From NCBI GenBank assembly GCA_013239625.1, contig MU054693.1, positions 11,430,174 to 11,494,173 on the forward strand: a stretch of DNA of 64,000 nt, written 5' to 3'. The position numbers and the translations under genes were made by a program. The notes under the pieces were generated by a model. The model saw nothing but the letters and a program-made list of their open reading frames with translations. It was not told the origin of the DNA and made no database searches. Source of the DNA: Lama guanicoe (Eukaryota). How positions within the stretch are numbered: position 1 is the stretch's first letter; each line of letters opens with the position of its first letter. Of this stretch, positions 12,202 to 24,950 are shown in pieces.

Positions 12202-14450
12202 CTTTATTTATTTTTTTGTTTTCTTGTTGCTTGTTTTTTTATATTTTTATTGAAATATAGTTGACATGCAATATTATGTTAATTTCAGGTGTACAACATA
12301 GTTATTTGACATTTAAATGCATTGCAACATGATCATCATGATAAGTCTGGTAACCGTCAGTCACCATACAAAATTATTGCAGTATTATTAACTGTATTTC
12401 TTTATGGTGTGTATTACATCCCTGCGACTTATTTATTTTATAACTAGAAGTCTGTACTTCTTAATCTCCTTTGCCTGTTTTGCCCAACTCTCTAGGTAGG
12501 CACTCTACCACTGAGCTATCCTCTCCCCTTGTTTTGCCCAACTCTCCACCCTCCTCCCCTCTGGCAACCACCAGTTTGCTCTCTGTGAAATAAGGAATAA
12601 GTCTATTTCTGTTTTGTTTCATTTGCTCATTTATTTTGTTTTTTAGATTCCACGTAGAAGTGAAGTCATATGGCATTTGTCTTTTCTGTCTAACTTATTT
12701 AATTTAGCATAATATCCTTTAGGTCCTTCCATGTTGTCTCATGGCAAGATTTTATTCTTTTTATGGCTGAGTAGTATTCCATTGTGTATGTGAGTGTGTC
12801 TGTGTGTGTATGTGGTGGCAGGGGGCACATCTTCTTTATCCATTCATCTATCAGTGGACACTTAGGTAACTTCCATATCTTGGCTATTATAAATAATACT
12901 GCTATGAACATTAGGGTGCATGTATCTTTTCAAATTAGTGTTTGCATTTTTTTTCAAATATATACCCAGGAGTGTAATTGCTGGATCTTAGGGAAGTTCC
13001 ATTTTTAGTGTTTTGAGGAACCTCCACACTGTTTTCCATAGTGGATATTTTCCCACAAACAGTGTAGGAGGATTCCCTGTTCTCCACATCCTCAGCGACA
13101 TTTGCTATTTGTATTCTTTTTGAGGATAGGCACTCNNNNNNNNNNNNNNNNNNNNNNNNNNNNNNNNNNNNNNNNNNNNNNNNNNNNNNNNNNNNNNNNN
13201 NNNNNNNNNNNNNNNNNNNNNNNNNNNNNNNNNNNNNNNNNNNNNNNNNNNNNNNNNNNNNNNNNNCTGTCCCTTTTTTAATCTGATTGTTTGGGTTTTT
13301 TGGTATTCAGCTGTATAATTTCTTTATATAATTTTCATGTTAATGCCTTACTGGATTTATCATTTGTAAATATCTTCTCCCATTTGGTAGGTTGCCTTTA
13401 CATTTTCTTGATGGTTTTCTTCACTGTGCAAAAGGTTTTGATTTGATTCAGTCCCATTTGTTTATTTTTGTATTTGTTGTCCTTGCCTGAGGAGACAGAT
13501 CCAAAAAAATATTTCAAAGATCTGTGTCAAGGAGCATACTGTATATGTTTTTGTCTAGGAACTTTATGGTTTCAGGTCTTACATTTAATCCATTTTGAGT
13601 TTATTTTTGTATATGGTGTGAGAAAGTAGTCCATGTTGATTCTTTTGCATGTAGCTGTTCAGTTTTCCCAGAACCATTTATTGAAGGGCTGCCTTTTTCT
13701 CATTGTGTGCTGTTACTTCCTTTGTCCTAGATTAATTGATCNNNNNNNNNNNNNNNNNNNNNNNNNNNNNNNNNNNNNNNNNNNNNNNNNNNNNNNNNNN
13801 NNNNNNNNNNNNNNNNNNNNNNNNNNNNNNNNNNNNNNNNNNNNNNNNNNNNNNNNNNNNNNNNNNNNNNNNNNNCAGCTCTCAAGACTGAAAGATTTGG
13901 TTTTCTGGGTGTTTTGTAGCTCTCTATATACAGTTTAGGATTATTTGTTCTAGTCCTGTGAAAAACACTGTTGGTATTTTAATAGGGTTTACATTGAACC
14001 TGTAGATTGCTTTGGGTAGTATGGACACTTTAACAATATTAATTCTTTAAATCCATGAGCATGGTATATCTTTCCACTTATTTCTATTGTCTTCAGTTTC
14101 TTTCATAAGTGTCATAGTTTTCAGAGTATAGGTCTTTCACCTCCTTGGTTAAATTTATTCATAAGTATTTAATTCTTTTTAATATGATTGTAAATAGGAT
14201 TGTTTTCTTAATTTCTCATTCTAATAGACCATTGTTAAGGTATAGAAATGCAACAGATTTCTGTTTATTAATTCTNNNNNNNNNNNNNNNNNNNNNNNNN
14301 NNNNNNNNNNNNNNNNNNNNNNNNNNNNNNNNNNNNNNNNNNNNNNNNNNNNNNNNNNNNNNNNNNNNNNNNNNNNNNNNNNNNNNNNNNNNNNNNNNNN
14401 NNNNNNNNNNNNNNNNNNNNNNNNNNNNNNNNNNNNNNNNCAATACTATG
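12202..14450 (-). mobile_element. 5'-truncated L1 (3' UTR plus degenerate ORF2 C-terminus), interrupted by three N-blocks
   Basis: T-rich tail at ~12202-12250, then L1 3'UTR 'ttgaaatatagttgacatgcaatattatgttaatttcaggtgtacaacatag'. Minus ORFs 12699-12911 (MFIAVLFIIAKIWKLPKCPLIDEWIKKM...MEYYSAIK) and 14216-14521 (INKQKSVAFLY) are typical ORF2p motifs. Confidence 0.95.
12493..12529 (-). pseudogene. 37-nt tailless 5' fragment of a tRNA-Ala-related RNA (tRNA half or vic-1-type SINE head) with a 17-bp TSD
   Basis: Minus strand reads (A)GGGGAGAGGATAGCTCAGTGGTAGAGTGCCTACCTA (A-box TAGCTCAGTGG). It is flanked by identical tgttttgcccaactctc at 12476-12492 and 12530-12546. Confidence 0.8.
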
Positions 14451-15616
14451 TTGAACAAATTCATTACTTCCTTTAGGTGTTGATGCTCCCTCCTGGATCT
14501 CGACTTCACCCTCTGAGACATTCTTGCTATTTTACAAGAAATGGCCCTTGCTTACAACTAAGTAAATTTCTTAGCTTTTTTTCTTACCTATAGGCTAACC
14601 TGGGGGCTTGGAGACCTTTTAGAAATAATAGCAATCTCAATCCCTTTAAATGCAAGCTGATGGTATATTCTTGATATTGCTCCCTTAAAAGCATTATGGG
14701 CTTTCTATATATCAATGTAGAAATGTAGAATTAAATGTCCAATTCATTTAACAGAAGCTACAGCTACAATCCTTTTGATATGCTTCTCTTTACTTTTGCC
14801 ATGTATTGCTGCTGGGGCAAAAATGCCCTTAAGATTCTGAGAATCCTTTTATCTGACTGAGAGGGCCTGCTGGGCACAACTTTAAATCTTTTGAGTATCT
14901 TGAAACCATACTTTTAATACCATTAGGCAATTTCTTACTTTGTGAATTATTTAAAACTTCAGATAAGGTTAGATTTTGGCCAAAAAAACATTTTATTCAT
15001 GATTTTTCAGATGTTGTTTTGGTGCAAAATGAGAATGGTTTAGCAAATGTTTATCCATTTTTAATTACATTGTTCTCAGTACCCTAGTTATGGTATTTTT
15101 TCTTGGCTTTTAAAAAAATCTCAAACCAGTATTACCCCCAAATAATATCCAGTTATAATACCTTTTTGACTGTATTTTATTTCCTTATTCATCCCCACAA
15201 TTGCATTCATGTAATAGGATTATAATTTCCATTTTATAGTAAAGAAAAAGAAGGCTCAGAGAGGTTAATTTTCATTCCAAAATTACACCACTATTAGCAT
15301 AACTGGTGTTTAAACTTCAATTTGTCTGTCTTCAAAGCTAGAAAATTGACCATTTCACTCCGCTGTGTTTCATCATCATAATCTCACCCTCTGGCATTAC
15401 ACTTTACAGTTTACCAAGCATGATCTCATTTGATCTCATTTAATCCAAGCCCAAGAGATAGGAGGATTCTCTGTCATGGCCAAAGAGAGGGCTAAACTAA
15501 AATATAAAACTCCCTCTTCTCTAATCTTCATCAACAAAACAGAAATGAATAATTTCAAAACAACTTTCCTTCTTCCTTGTGGGTAAGAAAAAAGTGCTTT
15601 GCCTAATCATTTTCAT

Positions 15617-15673
15617 CCAACTAACCTAGTGAGTTTCTGATCAACCAACTAACCTTAGAGAGTTTCTGATCAA
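15617..15673. repeat. Imperfect 28/29-bp tandem duplication
   Basis: ccaactaacctagtgagtttctgatcaa followed by ccaactaaccttagagagtttctgatcaa. Confidence 0.9.
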
Positions 15674-16003
15674 CAGCAAGTATAAACACTTGGCAATTAT
15701 TAATGTCTTTCCCCACTTTGCTTTCCTTTCATTGAATTTGGTTGATTTATGCAGTAGGAGAAGCAGGTCTGTGTTTGGGGAGAGATGTCAGACTGGACCT
15801 CATTGTGCAAACTGTAATGGCTACCTCGTGAACTAAGTCTCTCACATAGATTGTGGTGGTCCAGCTGATGCCCAGGGCTATAGGAGGACCAAGACTCAAA
15901 AGCCAGTTAGAAACAATCATCTACTATCATTTTTCAACTTTACCCAACAATATAAAAAACTGAATTTGGACCTCTGTGTACTTGCCAATCACTCAGCATT
16001 TTG

Positions 16004-16023
16004 AGCTACCACCTAGTGGCACT
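16004..16023 (-). promoter_or_regulatory. Candidate CTCF site
   Basis: Minus strand AGTGCCACTAGGTGGTAGCT versus core CCAC(C/T)AG(A/G)(G/T)GGC(A/G); one mismatch, in non-repeat sequence. Confidence 0.45.
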
Positions 16024-16440
16024 GCATGCCAGCCAACAGTTCAGAGTGGGCAGTTTTGCCACATTCTCTGTCTAGCAGGGTGTGTTTGTCCAAGTGATTG
16101 CCTTTTATTTAATTGCATTCTGTCCTTCCTGTCGTATAATTGTGGATGGACAGTGAAAACATGCAAGTGCTGCTGCTTGTAGCAAAAGCAGAGATATAAT
16201 AAGCTTAATACAATCAAGGAAAAGATGGAAGTCACTCCAGCATAATCTTCAGGATGTGTGTGGGCTCTGAATACAGGCTGCTTTGAATGTAGGCTCCATC
16301 ACTTACCAGCTGGATGACCTTAGGCAAAATGCTTTTCTGTCTTCTACAAAATGGGGATTATAACAAAATTCTTTTCTCATATGTTATGTGAGGATTAAAC
16401 TTTATAGTCATGAAAGATGCTAGTTAGAGACCCTGTAAGG

Positions 16441-16610
16441 CAGTGGTTTTCAAAATAGAGTTTCCTGACCAACAGCATCAGCATCACCTGGAAACTTGTT
16501 TGGAATACAAATTCTCCAGCCCTGCTCCAGACCTACTGGATCAGAAACTCTAGGAGTGGGCCCAGCAGCCGTGTGTCACCAAGCCATCCAGGTGACTCTG
16601 ATGCACTCTA
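16441..16610. mobile_element. MER5A hAT-Charlie MITE
   Basis: TIR 'cagtggttttcaaa' then 'cagcatcagcatcacctggaaacttg...ccagacctactggatcagaaactct'. Confidence 0.85.
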
Positions 16611-18564
16611 ATGCTGATACTGCCATATGTTATGATGGAGAAGAACAGGCTCAGAAGTTAACTGATCTGGATTTAACTTCCAGTTCTGCCTTCCTAGTAA
16701 TTGTGCGATTTGGGGTGAACTCTACAGCCTGTGTCTGCCTTTGCCTTTCTCATCTGCAAATTTAAAACAAAATTGTGTTTATCCTGGATTCGTAATGAAA
16801 ATTCAAAAACTTATCAGTCGTATAACAAGTCTTCAATAGATGGTACCTAGTTGTTTTGCGGTTCTTATTATTGTTTTAATTACTTCTGACTTTCATTGCA
16901 CTTAATCAAATTGACTTTATTCTTAATTGTGGAGGAAAATTAAAATTAAAGAGCAGGTATGAAATACTGAAAATATATTATGGGAGTTTTTTTTTCTAGA
17001 ATTAGAGACAAATATGAATTTTATTTATTTTGTAGCTATTTTGGAAAAATAACCCTTCTCTACAACATGGTAGTTTATAGTTTGATTTCTTTGCTTTAGA
17101 CCATCATATACTTTTAAAGAAATGTATCATTTCAGAATGTACTGTCCTAGCAAAACATCAGTGGCCCAGAGCTGAATTCTCTCACCAGGGACTTCCTGGT
17201 CTGCCAAGAAGGTAGGGGAGGATGGACACAGAGAAAGAGGAGAAATGTCCAGGGCCTGCCAGCCAGGAACCTAAAGGCCAGTTCCTCCCAGTACAGGGCT
17301 GGCATTTGCTTTGGCCAGAGGCCCACTCCAAGAAATCCTGCTGGGACCAGGAACCCATGCCCCATCTCTCAGGTACAGCTTGAGCAGGTGTGACCAGCAG
17401 GCTCTCTGATGGCCTCTGCACCTGCCAGCAGGCAGGCATAGTGAAGGATCCAAAAACAGAGGAAACAGGAGAGAATGTAACTGTGAGCCAAGCCTCAGGG
17501 AGCCGTGGAAACTCTGCTGTGCTGGCCAGGACACAGAGGAGGAGCAAACCCTTCTCCTGCAGGGGAAGAGGACAAGAGCAAAATGGATTGTGCTCCTAGT
17601 CATTTTTCTGCCACTAACTCATTGTCAGACTTCCCTACACGTCTGGCCCCTCTGTGTTTCTCCATCTGAAATCTATAGGAAGAGCTGCCATGAAACCCAG
17701 GATTTTAACAATTTGTATGTAAACCAAAAATCTACCCATGGAGACCGGGTTTTCTAAGAGGTGCCCTTGACCATGATGGTTACTCTTCTGCCAACTCCAA
17801 TAACCACCAACCCCCAATGCTGGTGCATATCTCTCCCTGTACCGCTGCTATTGGCACAGCAACACTGGCATCTTCCCATACCTAACCCCAGGCCTTTTCT
17901 TGCGTGGCTGGGTTCTTGGATGGCTGTGTTTCCCTTTTGCCCATATTTGACCTGGTAACAGCCATTGTCATGGATGCCTCAGACACACCTGTACCACAGG
18001 ATTTAAGGGCACCTCTGATTTCCTGGCATTTCCTAACTTGCTCACTTTCAGAAGAAAAGTGCCTTCATTTTCCCTAATGTCTTTACTCTGCATCCTCTTT
18101 TCTTCCTCTTCAACACCATCTCTTCTAAGCTTGGCTTTTGGAAAGAATAAACATATTTGGAGTCACAGTTGACCTTCACCAAGTTACATAACTTCTCAGA
18201 GCTTCAATTTTTTCATCCAGAAAACCAGGATAGTGGCATATATCACTTATCATCACCAGGGAGATTAAACAAAAAAATATACATAATGTGCTTAGTACAG
18301 GGCCTGTTCTGTAGTAAGGTCTCAACAAATGAGCACCAATTTTATCTTCATCATCATCAAGAGCTTAGAGCAGACACCACTGGATTTATCTACTTATTTC
18401 AAGTATGTCTCCCTGCAGGACCACAAGTTCCATGAGGCAGGTACCTTGTTTTGCTCATTACTGGTTCTTCACCTAGTGACTGTACACAGAAGAGGTTCAG
18501 AAAATACTTGTGAAATAGATGTTAGAAAGCAGAAGCTGGGTAAAGATGTTTCAAGTATGATGCG

Positions 18565-18635
18565 AGTGTGTGTATGTGTGTGAGAGTGTGCATGCATGAG
18601 TGTGTGACTGCGTGTATGTGCACCTGTGCGTGTTT
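18565..18635. repeat. Degenerate (TG)n microsatellite
   Basis: gtgtgtgtatgtgtgtgagagtgtgcatgcatgagtgtgtgactgcgtgtatgtgc. Confidence 0.75.
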
Positions 18636-19034
18636 CTGCCTGTGCGCTGCAGTCCTGAAGAAGCCCATTCCCTTCTCTGCTGCACACACAGTTCCATCTC
18701 CCATTTAGAGCCTAATCAACAGGAATGGCTTTGGGGACTCGCTGGTGTCACTGTATTTTAGTCCCTTCCCTAAGTCACCCAGCCTGCCCTCCCTCATCCC
18801 CAGGGAGCCACAAGATCAGAGCCAGGGCCATTTGTTACATACTTACTAACTGGCGTGGAAGATGGAGGCTAAAAATTGACAATAAATAACCAGCTTATCC
18901 ACAATTAGTGTTTTCAAAAAAAAAAAAAAAACAGAGAATGAAGGGCATTTACATGCCAGTTAGGACCCCAAACACAATACTTCAAGAAATAGACATCCAG
19001 AGCTGCCTGTTCTGGCTCAGCCACATTATTGATC

Positions 19035-19360
19035 TATTGACAAACCTATACTGAGAATGTGACTGTGTGCCAAACACCATGCTAAGTACAGTTATAGAGA
19101 AAATTATAAGTCTTTGTTGGCTAGGGAAGGAGTGTGGACCAGAAAAAAAAAAAACAGAATTACAATACAAACTGGTGAACATGCCTCTGTGGAAAGCACA
19201 GAGCACTGTAAGTGGTACTTCTTTCTTCTGGATGAAGTCAAAGAAGTTTTTCCAGAGGAAGCAGCATCTGAGCTAAGTTTCTCAGGAGAGTTAGAGTTAA
19301 CCAGACGAAGGAGAGGCATGTGTAAATGCAGAGAGTGAGAACATGATGCTTGCTGGGAAA
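19035..19360 (-). mobile_element. L2 LINE 3' fragment
   Basis: 'tactgagaatgtgactgtgtgccaaacaccatgctaag...gaagtcaaagaagtttttccagaggaagcagcatctgagctaag'. Confidence 0.65.
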
Positions 19361-19850
19361 TCCAAGTGCTGACAATGACAGGAATCCTAATAATAAAAGT
19401 GACAGAAATACAGAAGCTAACACTTTAAAGAACTTACCACGTGCCAGACCCTGTTCTAAGCATTTTACACATTCTAACCCATTGAACGACTAGAACATAG
19501 GGTTCCAGGAGTTGAAGGACATTGGGAGAAGCCAAGTTCAAAACTAAAAGGCTTTATTTAGATCTTAGTGGTTTTATGAGTAGGCTTGGGTAGGTTAGAG
19601 TTTGACCGTGGAATGATGGATAGTTACATAAGGGCATGATTTGATCTCGATCAAGTAGATGTTTTGGAATGATTCTTTTCATTGCATGGTGGTGGAGGGA
19701 CAGGAGTGAGCTTCAGCCTGATGCTGGGAGATAAGTGTACACACTGCTGCAGAGTTCTAAGTGGGAGGTTTGAGCACTGAATCAGGAAGCAGCACTGGGA
19801 AGAGTCAACATCGATTGACTTGCTGAGGGCCACACAACTAGGTACAGGTT

Positions 19851-19945
19851 GTTTTTTTCCCCCCAGCTTTCTTGAGGTATACTTAATGTACAACACATTT
19901 TACATATTTAACGTACACATTTTGATGAGTTTGGGGATATGCATG
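19851..19945 (-). mobile_element. Short L1 (L1MB-like) 3' terminus
   Basis: 'cagctttcttgaggtatacttaatgtacaacacattttacatatttaacgtacacattttgatgagtttggggatatgcat'. Confidence 0.65.
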
Positions 19946-21324
19946 CTCCCTCTACAGTCTTTACTGCCTTCTCTACTTCACATTGTCTCTCAGGTATCAG
20001 AACACTGGGGTTTTCATGGACCCTTCTCCCTGGACTCTATCACTTACCAGCTGGGTTATCTTAAATAGCCCTTTATTTCTCTCAGTCTTGGTTTCCTCAC
20101 CTGTTAAGTGATGGTAGTAGGACCTGTTCTGCTTATGTGCAGATCAAGTCAGCTCACTTTTGTGTTTTACAAATATGAAACTGTGATGTAAATGTGAGGG
20201 CTGTATCATGCAGATGTAGAAGACGGGGGTGAGGATGAGGATGAGGATGATGATGACCACTCCTTTCCAGAAACCACTTCCCTTTGGTTTCACAGACCAA
20301 GTCCTACCCTTTCAGTTAATCCTTCATGGCACCTTGTTCCAGCACCTCTATCCTTCCAGAAAGAAAAAAATTTCTCTCTCTTCTCTTGTCGCATTAAAAC
20401 TGTGCTCATAATTCAGCCCTTATATCAAACAGACTGCAGTCCTTAAATAATGATTAATTCTGGGTAGATTATTATTGATGCGTGGCTCAAGACCTAAACC
20501 CCCCCCCAGTGTCCAGGGACTATGAGGACAATTTTAAATATGTGTACCCTTATGTTTAGACTTGAAGACCATAGTATTTTTGTTGCTGTATTATTTAATT
20601 ATTCAAAACAGAAGTCACCAGCTACGGAAAATGACTGCTTGCAACATGTAATTTGCCTTCCAAACAAGCTCATTTGGGCTTTGACATTTGACAGAGAAAG
20701 GTCTGGGAAGATGAGCTGTTCAGAAAGGGTGTCTCTGCATCTGACACTGCCTGAACTTTGGTAGGTTGATTTTTACAATCGCCAGATCATCAAAGGTTAA
20801 ACTCATTTAAATTCTCCCTCTACTAACAAAGAAAGAAAACAAAATGCCACAAGCTGCCTTAACCTGCTGTCCTCCACTACATGCACTAGCTGAGGACACT
20901 GAGAAAATTCATAACGTCGGCAAAAGGTGCTGTGAATTTGACGAAGTTAATCTCCCATACCCTTGTGTGTACTTTCTGCATCCTTTCCTCTCTGAAAATC
21001 CAGAGGTCTACTGCTCCACTGAAATCTGTTCCGTATAAAAACTCTCTTCCATCAGTACTCACTCAGCCCTCCATTCGTTCACTTTCCAAATGTTCTTGGG
21101 TTGTTTGGTGTCAGGCACAGGGCTGGGCACTTGTACACACAACTGAATGTGTGTCTGCTGTCCCCGTCTCTTTCCTAGGATGCTGAAATAAGCTTCCAAC
21201 TAGTGTTCCCTCACCATTTTGCTCCAGGCACCCTGCAGCACTTTGCTAAAGCACTGGTGTAACTGTTTCCCTCCAATGGCTGCAAGAATTTCCATCATAC
21301 ACCTGAGTCTGAGACACAGAGCCT

Positions 21325-21750
21325 TTTATTAATTCACTTTGCAAAGAATTATTTAGTACCCAGTATATGGCAGGTATGTTGTACAAGGTGTTGGGAGATA
21401 CGGCAGTGATTAAAATGGGAAATGTCCCTTGCTCTCACAATAGATAAATAAGTAAATAAATAAATAGCAGAAAAATATATATATATATAGCTTTGAACTA
21501 CCTACTTAAGAAATAAACACTACTATGAGAGAAAATGAGATAAGACACCCAAGTTAGATTGGCATGAGGAGCCCAGGGGGGTTCTCTGGAGTCTGAGGGA
21601 GGGACGATCTAGTTAAAGCTTGGAACGTGAGTAGGAGGTGAGAAACCCCATGATGTGCTCAAGAATGACAGTGTGTCAGGAGCCTACTTCTCAAGGGAGA
21701 GAAGTGAAGGTGGACGGGTAGGTAGGGCCTGACTATGTCATGCATTATAG
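21325..21750 (-). mobile_element. L2a-like LINE 3' fragment
   Basis: 'atttagtacccagtatatggcagg...gttgggagatacggcagtgattaaaa...gtcccttgctctcac'. Confidence 0.65.
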
Positions 21751-21751
21751 G

Positions 21752-21910
21752 GCGGTGTTCTTCAGCCCTGACGTTCGATGCCAGGGAGATTTTTTTTAAC
21801 TACAGGTGCTCATTCTGAGTCCCATAGGGAGGGGCCTTGGGCATGCATTGTTTCATACAGCTCTCCAGGTGATGATTCACATATGCAGCCAGAACTGGGA
21901 ATGTCCACTG
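21752..21910. mobile_element. MER5B-like MITE
   Basis: 'cagctctccaggtgatgattcacatatgcagccagaactgggaatgtccactg' end. Confidence 0.5.
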
Positions 21911-22089
21911 TTCAGTCTTTATAAACTGACCCAACCTCCGTCTCTGTTTCTTCTCTGTCTTGCCCATCCATTCCCTAACACTATCCCACAACATCCTCCC
22001 TTCCCCTTACATACTAACCACTTCCACATCTCTTCATTTCTGCTTAACTAGTTGCCTCGGCTTAAAATTCAATTCCCCTCCCCCCACAT

Positions 22090-22532
22090 TTGGTACGAAT
22101 GTTTTGGGCTGCATATGAGTAAAACCCTGACTAGGAATAGCTTAACTAAACAGAGGCTATGATCTTCATATCATGAGCATCAAGGCAGATGTCGGCTGGC
22201 ATCGTTCAGAGGCTTAATAATACCAGGGCCTGCAAGTCAGCCTCCAGTGCAGGAAGGAGGGAAGAAATAGGAGCCTCAGGTCCTTTCCACCAGGAAAATA
22301 AGAGTTTTCCTAGAAGCCACGCTGTGGCTGACACCCCTTTGTGTCTCACTGGCCATATCCGCATGACAAGCTATCCTTAGCTGCAGGGGGGAGGCTGAGA
22401 GAGTAAAAGGTGGGTTTGAAATGACTCACTGGGATCGACCATGCCCATCACCTAGGGCTTGGTGCTGGGGTTCTGTTAAGTGGAATAAAGGGAGGTAGTT
22501 ATTGTTTAGACAACAACCACTGTCCACCACAC
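22090..22532 (-). mobile_element. MLT1K/L-like MaLR LTR
   Basis: 'gaatgttttgggctgc...aaaaccctgact...gtctcactggcca...ccttagctgcagggggaggctgagag...caaccactgtccaccaca'. Confidence 0.6.
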
Positions 22533-24109
22533 ATGCTCTGAATCTGCTCAATGAACTCCTACCATCCCTCAGTAAATGAAGATTGTGGTTCAGGAAGAAA
22601 ATGTAACACACGGAAGGTAATGGGTGCTAGAGGTTATGAGAGACTAAGTCGAAGCAGCTCTTGCTCATGGAGCATCTACACTCAGGTTTTAGGTGGAGAC
22701 TTTTTTTTTGTGAGTAATGAGTGAGGTTGGGACATGGGGATTTGGAGACATGGTAAAGGGTACAGATTTGCATCTTTGTGAAACATGAGCGTCTAGTGGC
22801 CTGACTAGATTCCTGAGTTTGTGTTCTATAAAATTAAAGGACTTCAGAGAAGTAGAGCAGCAAGGAGGGGAGTGGGCAGTCCTCTTGGATGACCTTAGAG
22901 GATATGGGAGCTAATAGGTTTTCTTAGGTAGACAGAAGGGGAAAGGATGTGGGCTACAAAAAATATAACTCCAGTCCGACTTTCAACTTTCAACCCACTT
23001 CGTGAGCTTTAGAAGAGGGTGAGAGTCCAGAAAGAGATGATCCAAAGCTCTTGCAGGATCAGGGGTTAAAACTGCCCTGAATAGTCTCAGCCTTCTCTGC
23101 CATCAGCATCCGAGGAAGGGACTGCTTCCCCCAGATGACCCTTTGACGCACATTCTTGTATTTGAACCCTATCCCCAGATGTCCCTGGCAATTTTTTTAA
23201 AGCAAAAATCTATTTTAATCAATGCCCTTTCTGCTGTGGGTAGTGGAACAGACAATAGGCTGTCACCCCAGGGGAATGGGCATGGTTTGCTGCTCAGAAA
23301 TATGGGTGATGAAATTAATCAAAGTCCTTCTACTTTCTGCTGCTGACCCTAGACTCACGTGTGGAAACTCATATCATCGTTAGATAATTCTGACTATGAT
23401 AATTACTATCATTACAGGCATGATTTTCATTAAATTTTTATAACCTAAAGAGGTAGATTTCATTATTGTCCCCATTTTTCAGATGAGGAAGTGGAGGCAA
23501 AGAGAGGGTATGCAGGACTCACTGGATGGTCGGGACTGGGATCCAGCCAGTATGGCTCCAGAGCTTGTGCTGTTAACTAGCCTGCTACTTCTTTTCATAA
23601 CCTATTGTACTATACTACCTCCCCATTAGGAATGTCTTCCTCATATCCACTTGGAATCTGTCTTTTTGGTACCCACTCTAAACCAAAGACCATTACTGGC
23701 TGACCATCCTACTCACTATGTAATCACAGGTCGCCAGAGTGAGCCACAGACAACTCATGAACAGTCTCAAGAACCAGTTGTCACCTCTCATTCCTTCCCC
23801 TTCTTCTCACTTTCTCCCCGTCCCCTTGTTTATCCCTCCTCTTGGATTTGCCTCTGTCCTCATGCTTGCATTTAAAATTGGACTGTCTTTGGCTTTCACA
23901 GTTTTAATCCACTGTGCTTTGAAAGGATAAGAACTGTCTGGCTTTCCCACCCTGCCCTCAAACTGGATCTCCCAGATGCTTTGGCTAATTTTATGGAGCT
24001 AGTTCAAGCCCCCTTGACCCCAATTTCAGTGCCAGCTATGTCTGTTCCAGCCCCTCTGCCTTCCAGTTTTGTTTTTGTTGTTGTCGGGTATTGGTTTTTT
24101 AAGTTAGTG

Positions 24110-24335
24110 TTTGTTGAGCTCTTGCTTTGTACCAAGCACTGTGCTAAGCACTTACTCTGTCTCACTTTATTCACCCTCCTCTAAACCCTGTGGGGGTAAC
24201 AATTACTATTATTATCTCTATTGTACAGACAGAGGAACTGAGCCCCAACAAGACTCACTTGTTTGCATAGAGTTGCAGAACTCTAAGTGGACAGATAGGA
24301 CCCAAGCCTATGTCTGGCTGACACCAAATTTCCTT
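24110..24335 (-). mobile_element. MIR SINE
   Basis: 'tttgttgagctcttgctttgtaccaagcactgtgctaagcactt...attgtacagacagaggaactgag'. Confidence 0.75.
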
Positions 24336-24344
24336 CTTTGAGAG

Positions 24345-24640
24345 CTTCACAGAACGAGCCTGAATCCTTCTTCATGTGGTAGCCCATCAAATGCTAGGGA
24401 ACAATTCTTAAGTTTCCCTGAGTCTCCTCTAGTTTCAGTAACCACAGGTCCAGCCGTACTCATCTGCCATGATTTTACCTTCATCTCCACTTCGTCCTCA
24501 GTGTGTCAGTGTTAATCTGTTTTTGGAGTTTGGTGTAGACCTGTATTCACTACTCCAGGTGTGGTCTGATTAACACAACATACAGGTGGCCTATCACCTC
24601 CTTCATCCTTTATGGTCTATTTCTGGCAATGAAACCATAC
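24345..24640 (-). mobile_element. L3/CR1 LINE fragment
   Basis: 'tccttcttcatgtggtagcccatcaaatg...tactccaggtgtggtctgattaacac...ctatcacctccttc'. Confidence 0.6.
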
Positions 24641-24950
24641 ATTATTTTGACAGCCTCTAAGACCCCAATCAACAGAATGAATGAGTCCAGAGGGAAATTG
24701 CTTCTGAAGGTGTCAACTGTTAACTGTGGAAACGGGTAAAGTGAATGAAAGTAAAGGAGAAACTGGGAGAAACAATGCCTGTTGAGGAAGATGGTTAGCA
24801 GACTCTCGTGATGGCAGTGGGGGTGTGGTTGGCCATAGACATATTGGTTCACAGGTAAGATATTACCCCAATCCAGATGCGGATGGCCCAGGTTTTTCCC
24901 GGAAATTCCCCTGGGGGGAAGGCCATCTTGGAGCCATCTGATGTACTTAC

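Noticed and set aside
12493-12529. Functional tRNA gene
   Set aside because: Only the 5' ~37 nt are present; there is no B-box, T-arm or acceptor 3' strand.
12699-12911. ORF with real protein similarity
   Set aside because: It is a decayed L1 ORF2p C-terminal fragment, not a host gene.
12188-14475. Possible TSD of the large L1 (caaatgtgttactaccttta / caaattcattacttccttta)
   Set aside because: Several mismatches, and the 5' junction abuts an N-block, so it cannot be established.
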